From the NCBI GenBank assembly GCA_040285825.1, contig JAUPSS010000011.1, positions 1,003,658-1,067,657 of the forward strand: 64,000 bases of DNA, in the 5' to 3' direction. Under the pieces are notes generated by a model. That model was not told where the DNA came from and made no database searches. It was given only the letters and a program-made list of their open reading frames with translations. Shown here piece by piece: positions 1 through 9,562 of the stretch; the stretch's first letter is position 1, and every line of letters begins with the position of its first letter. Source of the stretch: Eukaryota sp. TZLM1-RC (lineage: Eukaryota; Protista; Metamonada: BaSk clade). The translations under genes were made by a program, and so were the position numbers.

Positions 1-418
1 TGCTGTAAGAGACCAGTTATATTGTATGTGTAAATCTCATAGAATTGAATCCTTCTTGGAACCTTTGTTGTCAAATCTGGTTGATGCTGAAAATGATTTT
101 CATAAGAATAATAGAGGTGATGTCATATTACCTGGATTAGATGGAAGCTTCATTTTATTGGATGTAATGTCTGTTGATCCTTGTAATGCCTCAAATGAAA
201 GGCTTGTTAATTCTGAAATTCATAATCCCCTTTCAAATGCTGAAAATTTTAAATTCAAAAAATACAATGAACCTTTGTCCAAATTGGCCAGTCTACAGCA
301 TGCAAAATACAATTTGTATCCATTTGTATTTTCCCTTTTTGGTTCACTTGCACCAACTGCTTTACGTTTTTTGGATGATTTTGAAATGATTGTAAAGAGA
401 AGAACTGGCAGAAATATT
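1..418 (+). mobile_element. RLE non-LTR retrotransposon subfamily A, 3' (endonuclease) fragment, cut by a subfamily B insertion
   Basis: ORF 26..424 has RGDV..LDV..E..K..KY RLE motifs and is near-identical to 7184-7600. It stops at GGCAGAAAT, where the poly(T) tail of a minus-strand B copy begins. Confidence 0.9.
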
Positions 419-895
419 TTTTAATTTAATTTTAATTTATTTTCAAAACCACAGTCTAAAAGTCAATTTCTTCAAAACAAGCTTCCACACCATCAAACCT
501 TACAGCAGCAATGTTTTCATAATGTGCACTGACAGACATTAAAGCTTTCGAAATCATTTTAGGAATTGATTTGAAAATAGTAAAAACAATACGATTTAGC
601 CACAAGCGACGATCAAAACGCTTATTCATTCTTTTTTTTCACAAGATTTTCAAAATCATCAATAAAATTCAAAGCAGTTTTTCCAAGACGACCATACAAC
701 GATATAGCAAATGGGCAAATTTGGTAATCTACATGGCGAACATGTTTCAATTCTTTTAAAGGATTTGCATACTTTTTCCGTTTGTACAATTCGGAGTCAT
801 CAAGGGGGGATACTTCGGATTGAGCATTTTTCAAGGCATTTTTCTTGCAAACATCCACTGTTACGACATCAACAACATTCATGACATCATCAAAC

Positions 896-1035
896 TGATG
901 CCGTTAGGCAGATGAACACACGAAGGAGAGAGAGAAATCTGTTGTTTATTAATAAAACTGATTCATAAATGAGTATCACGTCATCAGTCGAAATACAAAG
1001 AAACCTACTAATTCAATTTGAGTGCAACAACAACA
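896..1035 (-). repeat. LTR (140 bp); further copies at 1859-1998, 2822-2961, 3785-3924, 8079-8218 and 9042-9181
   Basis: Element-sense TGTTGTTGTTGC...CCTAACGGCATCA, containing AATAAA. Copies look identical by eye. Confidence 0.93.
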
Positions 1036-1055
1036 CTACTTTTTCCCACTTTTCT
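1036..1055 (-). other. Polypurine tract (PPT) abutting the 3' LTR
   Basis: Element-sense AGAAAAGTGGGAAAAAGTAG lies immediately before the TG of the LTR. Confidence 0.8.
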
Positions 1056-1076
1056 GAGGACAAATACAGTACTGGC

Positions 1077-1832
1077 TCAATAGAGGGAAGATATGGGGTT
1101 TGTTAAACTCTTTGGTGCATCGTTTGTGTGACACAAATAATTTACCTCATGTTTGATTTTAGATGGACAATCGCGGGAGATGTGTCCGGGCTTGTGGCAC
1201 TTGAAGCACGATTGATTTTTTAAATCCTGAGAGCGCCAAGAGGACCTCGTTTTAGTGCCAGCCGTACGTTCCACATCATTCACTGAGGTTTTGAAACCAC
1301 GAGTCCATGAAGCAACCCTAGAGCAGTCCAACAGCTCATCAGTAGTGGTTTCGACAAGAGAGTGAAGATCTGGGAATACATCATCTCGAATTCTCGCTAG
1401 TAGAGAACGTTGAAGACCTACGGGAAGAATTCCTCTGGCAAATCGATTCAGAAAAGCTGTGTCTGGTAACTTCAGTCCGGAAGCCCTACTCTTTACCTGG
1501 AGGAAACGTCGCAGGTAACAGGACATACGTTCTCGGACGTCACCAATACGGACATCAAGCTTCAGTTCTGACATAGCCAGACTAAAATCTTCGTACGTGG
1601 CGAACGATACGACAGATTGAAGATGTCTAAGAAGAACATCGTCACTGGAAGAGACGTCGGATTTCTGGAGAGATAGGGACTCTAACAGAAAAGAATCGAC
1701 CAAGAGTCTTGCTGGAACAAGCTCTTTCTTAGAAGTCACTGAAGAATAGATCTTCCACTCTTGTAGGAACAAGAGAACACTTTCAACTTTCATGGAAGAA
1801 AGAGACGGGAGGTTGACAGAAGGAACAGTCAT
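1077..1832 (-). CDS. gag: Gag-like protein (capsid-like helical domain plus CCHC zinc knuckle)
   Basis: 251 aa with CFKCHKPGHISRDC (CX2CX4HX4C), located between LTRs. No protease, RT or integrase follows. Confidence 0.85.
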   Translation of the reverse strand: MTVPSVNLPSLSSMKVESVLLFLQEWKIYSSVTSKKELVPARLLVDSFLLESLSLQKSDVSSSDDVLLRHLQSVVSFATYEDFSLAMSELKLDVRIGDVRERMSCYLRRFLQVKSRASGLKLPDTAFLNRFARGILPVGLQRSLLARIRDDVFPDLHSLVETTTDELLDCSRVASWTRGFKTSVNDVERTAGTKTRSSWRSQDLKNQSCFKCHKPGHISRDCPSKIKHEVNYLCHTNDAPKSLTNPISSLY

Positions 1833-2039
1833 CTGAAATAAGAAGGGCCAATAATTATTGATGCCGTTAGGCAGATGAACACACGAAGGAGAGAGAGAAA
1901 TCTGTTGTTTATTAATAAAACTGATTCATAAATGAGTATCACGTCATCAGTCGAAATACAAAGAAACCTACTAATTCAATTTGAGTGCAACAACAACACT
2001 ACTTTTTCCCACTTTTCTGAGGACAAATACAGTACTGGC

Positions 2040-2795
2040 TCAATAGAGGGAAGATATGGGGTTTGTTAAACTCTTTGGTGCATCGTTTGTGTGACACAAA
2101 TAATTTACCTCATGTTTGATTTTAGATGGACAATCGCGGAGATGTGTCCGGGCTTGTGGCACTTGAAGCACGATTGATTTTTTTAAATCCTGAGAGCGCC
2201 AAGAGGACCTCGTTTTAGTGCCAGCCGTACGTTCCACATCATTCACTGAGGTTTTGAAACCACGAGTCCATGAAGCAACCCTAGAGCAGTCCAACAGCTC
2301 ATCAGTAGTGGTTTCGACAAGAGAGTGAAGATCTGGGAATACATCATCTCGAATTCTCGCTAGTAGAGAACGTTGAAGACCTACGGGAAGAATTCCTCTG
2401 GCAAATCGATTCAGAAAAGCTGTGTCTGGTAACTTCAGTCCGGAAGCCCTACTCTTTACCTGGAGGAAACGTCGCAGGTAACAGGACATACGTTCTCGGA
2501 CGTCACCAATACGGACATCAAGCTTCAGTTCTGACATAGCCAGACTAAAATCTTCGTACGTGGCGAACGATACGACAGATTGAAGATGTCTAAGAAGAAC
2601 ATCGTCACTGGAAGAGACGTCGGATTTCTGGAGAGATAGGGACTCTAACAGAAAAGAATCGACCAAGAGTCTTGCTGGAACAAGCTCTTTCTTAGAAGTC
2701 ACTGAAGAATAGATCTTCCACTCTTGTAGGAACAAGAGAACACTTTCAACTTTCATGGAAGAAAGAGACGGGAGGTTGACAGAAGGAACAGTCAT
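2040..2795 (-). CDS. gag: Gag-like protein, copy 2 (compensating +1/-1 homopolymer indels across the zinc knuckle)
   Basis: Same as 1077..1832 except a short frame-shifted stretch, which may be sequencing error. Confidence 0.8.
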   Translation of the reverse strand: MTVPSVNLPSLSSMKVESVLLFLQEWKIYSSVTSKKELVPARLLVDSFLLESLSLQKSDVSSSDDVLLRHLQSVVSFATYEDFSLAMSELKLDVRIGDVRERMSCYLRRFLQVKSRASGLKLPDTAFLNRFARGILPVGLQRSLLARIRDDVFPDLHSLVETTTDELLDCSRVASWTRGFKTSVNDVERTAGTKTRSSWRSQDLKKSIVLQVPQARTHLRDCPSKIKHEVNYLCHTNDAPKSLTNPISSLY

Positions 2796-3002
2796 CTGAA
2801 ATAAGAAGGGCCAATAATTATTGATGCCGTTAGGCAGATGAACACACGAAGGAGAGAGAGAAATCTGTTGTTTATTAATAAAACTGATTCATAAATGAGT
2901 ATCACGTCATCAGTCGAAATACAAAGAAACCTACTAATTCAATTTGAGTGCAACAACAACACTACTTTTTCCCACTTTTCTGAGGACAAATACAGTACTG
3001 GC

Positions 3003-3758
3003 TCAATAGAGGGAAGATATGGGGTTTGTTAAACTCTTTGGTGCATCGTTTGTGTGACACAAATAATTTACCTCATGTTTGATTTTAGATGGACAATCGC
3101 GGGAGATGTGTCCGGGCTTGTGGCACTTGAAGCACGATTGATTTTTTAAATCCTGAGAGCGCCAAGAGGACCTCGTTTTAGTGCCAGCCGTACGTTCCAC
3201 ATCATTCACTGAGGTTTTGAAACCACGAGTCCATGAAGCAACCCTAGAGCAGTCCAACAGCTCATCAGTAGTGGTTTCGACAAGAGAGTGAAGATCTGGG
3301 AATACATCATCTCGAATTCTCGCTAGTAGAGAACGTTGAAGACCTACGGGAAGAATTCCTCTGGCAAATCGATTCAGAAAAGCTGTGTCTGGTAACTTCA
3401 GTCCGGAAGCCCTACTCTTTACCTGGAGGAAACGTCGCAGGTAACAGGACATACGTTCTCGGACGTCACCAATACGGACATCAAGCTTCAGTTCTGACAT
3501 AGCCAGACTAAAATCTTCGTACGTGGCGAACGATACGACAGATTGAAGATGTCTAAGAAGAACATCGTCACTGGAAGAGACGTCGGATTTCTGGAGAGAT
3601 AGGGACTCTAACAGAAAAGAATCGACCAAGAGTCTTGCTGGAACAAGCTCTTTCTTAGAAGTCACTGAAGAATAGATCTTCCACTCTTGTAGGAACAAGA
3701 GAACACTTTCAACTTTCATGGAAGAAAGAGACGGGAGGTTGACAGAAGGAACAGTCAT
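3003..3758 (-). CDS. gag: Gag-like protein, copy 3
   Basis: Protein identical to 1077..1832. Confidence 0.85.
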   Translation of the reverse strand: MTVPSVNLPSLSSMKVESVLLFLQEWKIYSSVTSKKELVPARLLVDSFLLESLSLQKSDVSSSDDVLLRHLQSVVSFATYEDFSLAMSELKLDVRIGDVRERMSCYLRRFLQVKSRASGLKLPDTAFLNRFARGILPVGLQRSLLARIRDDVFPDLHSLVETTTDELLDCSRVASWTRGFKTSVNDVERTAGTKTRSSWRSQDLKNQSCFKCHKPGHISRDCPSKIKHEVNYLCHTNDAPKSLTNPISSLY

Positions 3759-4305
3759 CTGAAATAAGAAGGGCCAATAATTATTGATGCCGTTAGGCAG
3801 ATGAACACACGAAGGAGAGAGAGAAATCTGTTGTTTATTAATAAAACTGATTCATAAATGAGTATCACGTCATCAGTCGAAATACAAAGAAACCTACTAA
3901 TTCAATTTGAGTGCAACAACAACAAAACGAGGGCACAACAACATCAGCACGTCGTTTTCCATATTCTGAATCTCTTACGCTTTCATTTATATCAAGAGAC
4001 CTCAACAAAGGTTCTACAAAAGATTCAATATGATAGGAATTACACATTGCATGGATTTGATCTCTGACTGCATCATGCAACGTAGAACGATAGGAAATAT
4101 ATCTATTACAATTAAATAAATGTGATAATGTCAAACCAGCTCCACATTTACAAAACAAATCATTGGGCAAATTACAAGGCCATAAATAACAACGCATTCT
4201 CATAGCAGTGGTCCATTGGTCGTCATTCAAAAATAGACCATAAATCTGGGGAATTTGATTTATCAAGACTGCAGATGAACTGTCCTTCAAATCAATCAAA
4301 AAAAA

Positions 4306-7300
4306 TATTTTTTTCTCCCTCCCTTAGTCAACCCTTTCATATTTCACTTTCTGTCAAGGCGTCAAAGTCGTACTGTTTCTCTGTCAAAACGATGCCTTTG
4401 GCTGATAGTGACTCTGATACTGATTGGAACGCCCAAGCAAAGATTCTACCAGTCAGATCAAGCTCATCCATTCCACTTCCCCACTCTCCCCACAATACAA
4501 GCTATGCTCGAAATTCATCTCAAAAAAATTTTCATTCAAAAACTGATCATTGTACCAGAAAAAACACAGAAAAACCACCATTACGTTCCTTGCGTTCAGT
4601 TGCGCGTTCTATTAACAACTCCGTTTCTCGAAATTTGTTTTCTCCAGCTGAAACTGCAAAAAGTCAAAAGTCTATTTCTACTTTTAACTCAAAAATTGAC
4701 AAAATTGAAAGAACTGAAAAATGAAACCACTGCCATTAAAAAGGTTCTAAAAAATGTTCGATTTGTGGTATCAGTGGTCATAATTCGAGAACGTGCCCTG
4801 AGAAACAAAAAAAGAGAATTTGAATTAAAATCTGCTCAACAAATTCTCAAATGTTCTGTTCCAGCTGTTGCCGTTGTGAAAGGTGCTGAAAATAATGTTT
4901 CTGACGATCAACAGTTAAATGCTTCTAGTGTTCCCTCTTCTTCCCCTTCTGAAAACAGTAATTTTTAATGTCCATTTTGCAAAAAAGATGTTGCAGATTC
5001 ACGAAATGGTCGAAAACTTCTGTTTTGTACGAATTGTAAAGCCGTTGATACCGTAAGACCCCCGATCCGGATCCCAGTAGAAATAAGTCCCGCCAGCACA
5101 ATCCCCTTCTCAATGGAAATGAGAAATTTTACTTCTGAATTGAAAAATAATAAGTGGAATATTTCATCCTTCTGGAAATATTTTGCTAGAAAAAACAAAA
5201 ATTGTTTTAAGAAAAAATTTGGAAATAGAAAAATTGTAAAATCAAAAATTTGCCGAAAATTGTGCTTACGTGGTCGTTATGGTGCCGCAAAGCAGTCTTT
5301 GTTTTCCTCTTCTTTGGCTGATGTAAACTCTGATACTCTTGAAAAACTCCAAAAGTTGCATCCTCAAGGAAATTTCAAGTGCAGCAAGCCTGAAGTGTGT
5401 CCTTTTTGGATTGAAAATCCTATTACTGCAATTGAGGTTCTTAAAGCTATTCAAAAATTACCTAAGGGGAAAGCAGCAGGCCCATCTGGAATTTCTTTTG
5501 ATCTCTTAAAAATAGCGTGTTCCAGTGCTCCCGAAATTGCTGATGATCTAGCCCACTATTTTCAACAATTAATTGTTTTGAAAATAAATCCTCCATTTGA
5601 ATTGCTCGCAGCACGTCTGATTGCTTTAGTAAAGCCTGGAAACGGAATCAAACCTGATGGAATACGCCCAATTGCTGTTGGTGAATCTCTTTCTCGTTTG
5701 CTGGCATCAATTGTCTTCGATCGTGTCAAAGACAAAGCCTCTACATTTTTGAATCCTCATCAATTTGGAATCAAAACAATTGATGGTGCTTCTGTTGCTG
5801 CTATTGCCTCTGATACCTTTTTTAATGCAGAGGAAAATAATTTTATTTTTAATCTCGACTTTAAAAATGCTTTTAATTCTGTAAAGCGAGAAGCAATTTT
5901 TGAAGTTATTAAATCTGATTTTCCTGAGCTATCGAGTTTTTTCTACCATTTTTATGGTAAAGAATCAGATTTGATTTTTAATTCATTTGCTCTTAAATCA
6001 TCTTCTGGTGTGAAGCAAGGTGACCCTTTAGGTCCATTATTGTTTTGTTTGGCTATTCACAAAACTTTAAATATCATTAAGCAAAAATACCCTTCTATAA
6101 AAATAGTTGCTTATATGGATGATATATCCTTGATTGGTTCATTTGATTTACTAGAATTGGTTGCTCAAGAAATTGCCGATTCATATGAAAATATTGGGCT
6201 TCATCTTAATGCCAGCAAATGCCTTCTGATTGGCTCTTCTGCTCAAGACCTCGTGATAAACGATTCTATTGTCCCTTTTACTAATTATAGTAGTGATGCT
6301 TTTAAGTTCCTTGGTTGTTGGTTAGGAAATGTGCCTCAAATTCAGAATGAATTGCAAGTTATTTTGGAAAAAATGAAAATTGAACTTGATTCAATTTCTT
6401 CTTTAGATATAGAAAAGCATATTAAATTTTTTATGCTTAAAATTTGCTACACTGGGAGAATAACCCACATTTTGAGATCTTGTGCTCCTTCCATAGCATT
6501 AGATTTTTGTCGTTCTTTTAATTCATTGAGAACAGAATTTTTTGCTGATTTATTGGATGTAGAACCAGGAATGTTGAAAAGCCATTTATTTTCTTCAGCA
6601 AATTTGGGTGGTATTGGTTTTACTAAATCTTCAATTTTGTGTCAATCAGCATTCTTGGGTGGTGGCAAAAATTTTATTTATGAATTTTCGCATAGATTTC
6701 CTGATGATTCTCATCTGTTAGTCCCCAATTGTAGTCCCTATTTGTATGAGTTATCTTGTGAACTTGAAAAATTACCGCCACAAATTTGGACCAAATGTTT
6801 TCCTCAATCAATTCAAGAAATTCCAAACCGATCTCTATTTAATTTACAGTTTTGCTGTAAAAAGCTTCAACAAAAATTGTCAAAGATTTTTGAAAGCTTG
6901 GATTTTGATGTTAGACTTGGCTTGGCCAAGAAAAAGAATCCCGCTTTTGCAAATCTTTTACAAGATATGTGTGACAGTACTTCTTCTGCCTTAGTAACAA
7001 CAATTCCACAAGTTTATGGTACTCTCTTATCCGATTCTGCTTGGACTCAGAATATGAGATTTCGTTCCTTTATCTGGCCTGATAATTTACCTCATAATTT
7101 AATTTGTAAATGTTCTCGAGAAATTACAACTACTCATTTGTTAAATTGTAAACATTTTATTACTTTTAGAAGCAAGGTTCATGATGCTGTAAGAGACCAG
7201 TTATATTGTATGTGTAAATCTCATAGAATTGAATCCTTCTTGGAACCTTTTTGTCAAATCTGTTTGATGCTGAAAATGATTTTCATAAGAATAATAGAGG

Positions 7301-7600
7301 TGATGTCATATTACCTGGATTAGATGGAAGCTTCATTTTATTGGATGTAATGTCTGTTGATCCTTGTAATGCCTCAAATGAAAGGCTTGTTAATTCTGAA
7401 ATTCATAATCCCCTTTCAAATGCTGAAAATTTTAAATTCAAAAAATACAATGAACCTTTGTCCAAATTGGCCAGTCTACAGCATGCAAAATACAATTTGT
7501 ATCCATTTGTATTTTCCCTTTTTGGTTCACTTGCACCAACTGCTTTACGTTTTTTGGATGATTTTGAAATGATTGTAAAGAGAAGAACTGGCAGAAATTT
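4306..7600 (+). mobile_element. RLE non-LTR retrotransposon subfamily A, 5'-complete, 3'-truncated by B
   Basis: Pyrimidine-rich 5' UTR and ATG at 4392. N-terminal CSICGISGHNSRTC and CPFC..CTNC. RT motifs RPIAVGE, LDFKNAFN, GVKQGDPLGP and YMDD (ORF 5113..7323). C-terminal CKC..HLLNC..HD plus RLE. In-frame TAA at 4966-4968 and homopolymer frameshifts. Confidence 0.92.
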
Positions 7601-8078
7601 TTTTTAATTTAATTTTAATTTATTTTCAAAACCACAGTCTAAAAAGTCAATTTCTTCAAAACAAGCTTCCACACCATCAAACCTTACAGCAGCAATGTTT
7701 TCATAATGTGCACTGACAGACATTAAAGCTTTCGAAATCATTTTAGGAATTGATTTGAAAATAGTAAAAACAATACGATTTAGCCACAAGCGACGATCAA
7801 AACGCTTATTCATTCTTTTTTTCACAAGATTTTCAAAATCATCAATAAAATTCAAAGCAGTTTTTCCAAGACGACCATACAACGATATAGCAAATGGGCA
7901 AATTTGGTAATCTACATGGCGAACATGTTTCAATTCTTTTAAAGGATTTGCATACTTTTTCCGTTTGTACAATTCGGAGTCATCAAGGGGGGATACTTCG
8001 GATTGAGCATTTTTCAAGGCATTTTTCTTGCAAACATCCACTGTTACGACATCAACAACATTCATGACATCATCAAAC

Positions 8079-9181
8079 TGATGCCGTTAGGCAGATGAAC
8101 ACACGAAGGAGAGAGAGAAATCTGTTGTTTATTAATAAAACTGATTCATAAATGAGTATCACGTCATCAGTCGAAATACAAAGAAACCTACTAATTCAAT
8201 TTGAGTGCAACAACAACACTACTTTTTCCCACTTTTCTGAGGACAAATACAGTACTGGCTCAATAGAGGGAAAATATGGGGTTTGTTAAACTCTTTGGTG
8301 CATCGTTTGTGTGACACAAATAATTTACCTCATGTTTGATTTTAGATGGACAATCGCGGGAGATGTGTCCGGGCTTGTGGCACTTGAAGCACGATTGATT
8401 TTTTAAATCCTGAGAGCGCCAAGAGGACCTCGTTTTAGTGCCAGCCGTACGTTCCACATCATTCACTGAGGTTTTGAAACCACGAGTCCATGAAGCAACC
8501 CTAGAGCAGTCCAACAGCTCATCAGTAGTGGTTTCGACAAGAGAGTGAAGATCTGGGAATACATCATCTCGAATTCTCGCTAGTAGAGAACGTTGAAGAC
8601 CTACGGGAAGAATTCCTCTGGCAAATCGATTCAGAAAAGCTGTGTCTGGTAACTTCAGTCCGGAAGCCCTACTCTTTACCTGGAGGAAACGTCGCAGGTA
8701 ACAGGACATACGTTCTCGGACGTCACCAATACGGACATCAAGCTTCAGTTCTGACATAGCCAGACTAAAATCTTCGTACGTGGCGAACGATACGACAGAT
8801 TGAAGATGTCTAAGAAGAACATCGTCACTGGAAGAGACGTCGGATTTCTGGAGAGATAGGGACTCTAACAGAAAAGAATCGACCAAGAGTCTTGCTGGAA
8901 CAAGCTCTTTCTTAGAAGTCACTGAAGAATAGATCTTCCACTCTTGTAGGAACAAGAGAACACTTTCAACTTTCATGGAAGAAAGAGACGGGAGGTTGAC
9001 AGAAGGAACAGTCATCTGAAATAAGAAGGGCCAATAATTATTGATGCCGTTAGGCAGATGAACACACGAAGGAGAGAGAGAAATCTGTTGTTTATTAATA
9101 AAACTGATTCATAAATGAGTATCACGTCATCAGTCGAAATACAAAGAAACCTACTAATTCAATTTGAGTGCAACAACAACA
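8079..9181 (-). mobile_element. Gag-only mini LTR retrotransposon, single unit (1103 bp)
   Basis: LTRs at 8079-8218 and 9042-9181, TSD AAAC at 8075-8078 and 9182-9185, and a PPT. Confidence 0.93.
8260..9015 (-). CDS. gag: Gag-like protein, copy 4
   Basis: 251 aa with CCHC knuckle and one substitution (S to F near the C-terminus) relative to copy 1. Confidence 0.85.
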   Translation of the reverse strand: MTVPSVNLPSLSSMKVESVLLFLQEWKIYSSVTSKKELVPARLLVDSFLLESLSLQKSDVSSSDDVLLRHLQSVVSFATYEDFSLAMSELKLDVRIGDVRERMSCYLRRFLQVKSRASGLKLPDTAFLNRFARGILPVGLQRSLLARIRDDVFPDLHSLVETTTDELLDCSRVASWTRGFKTSVNDVERTAGTKTRSSWRSQDLKNQSCFKCHKPGHISRDCPSKIKHEVNYLCHTNDAPKSLTNPIFSLY

Positions 9182-9562
9182 AAACGAGGGCACAACAACA
9201 TCAGCACGTCGTTTTCCATATTCTGAATCTCTTACGCTTTCATTTATATCAAGAGACCTCAACAAAGGTTCTACAAAAGATTCAATATGATAGGAATTAC
9301 ACATTGCATGGATTTGATCTCTGACTGCATCATGCAACGTAGAACGATAGGAAATATATCTATTACAATTAAATAAATGTGATAATGTCAAACCAGCTCC
9401 ACATTTACAAAACAAATCATTGGGCAAATTACAAGGCCATAAATAACAACGCATTCTCATAGCAGTGGTCCATTGGTCGTCATTCAAAAATAGACCATAA
9501 ATCTGGGGAATTTGATTTATCAAGACTGCAGATGAACTGTCCTTCAAATCAATCAAAAAAAA

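Larger units (their letters stand above)
896..3924 (-). mobile_element. Gag-only mini LTR retrotransposon, tandem array of 3 internal domains sharing 4 LTRs
   Basis: 140-bp direct repeats with TG..CA ends at 896, 1859, 2822 and 3785 (period 963 bp). 4-bp TSD AAAC at 892-895 and 3925-3928. The empty site is visible in B copies near 15550 and 20830. Confidence 0.93.
419..4305 (-). mobile_element. RLE non-LTR retrotransposon subfamily B, 3' part, interrupted by the Gag-only LTR array
   Basis: ORFs 622..882 and 3865..4299 are the two halves of the Zn-knuckle/RLE region that is intact at 15189..15998. The 3' A-tail is at about 419. Confidence 0.9.
7598..9562 (-). mobile_element. Subfamily B 3' part (duplicate of 419-4305), interrupted by a single Gag-only LTR element
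   Basis: ORFs 7604..8065 and 9122..9556, with the same junctions as the first unit. Confidence 0.9.

Noticed and set aside
174-389. Short overlapping or antisense ORFs repeated in each element copy (for example MILVMPQ.., MKFLPVL..)
   Set aside because: They are alternative-frame shadows of the RT/RLE ORF and recur only because the element is repeated.
896-3924. CRISPR-like or integron-like repeat/spacer array
   Set aside because: The spacers are identical gag genes and the repeats have LTR hallmarks (TG..CA, PPT, TSD).
4715-4815. Programmed ribosomal frameshifting or a two-ORF organisation in subfamily A
   Set aside because: Frameshifts lie in homopolymer runs and differ between near-identical copies, which fits sequencing error or decay.
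4966-4968. Stop-codon reassignment (TAA read as sense)
   Set aside because: The copy at 30229..31011 has a Ser codon here, and host genes are open in the standard code and end in TAA or TAG.
5113-7323. Bacterial group II intron, retron or defence-associated RT
   Set aside because: A-tails, TSDs, 5' truncations, a C-terminal RLE and spliceosomal introns nearby indicate eukaryotic non-LTR elements.
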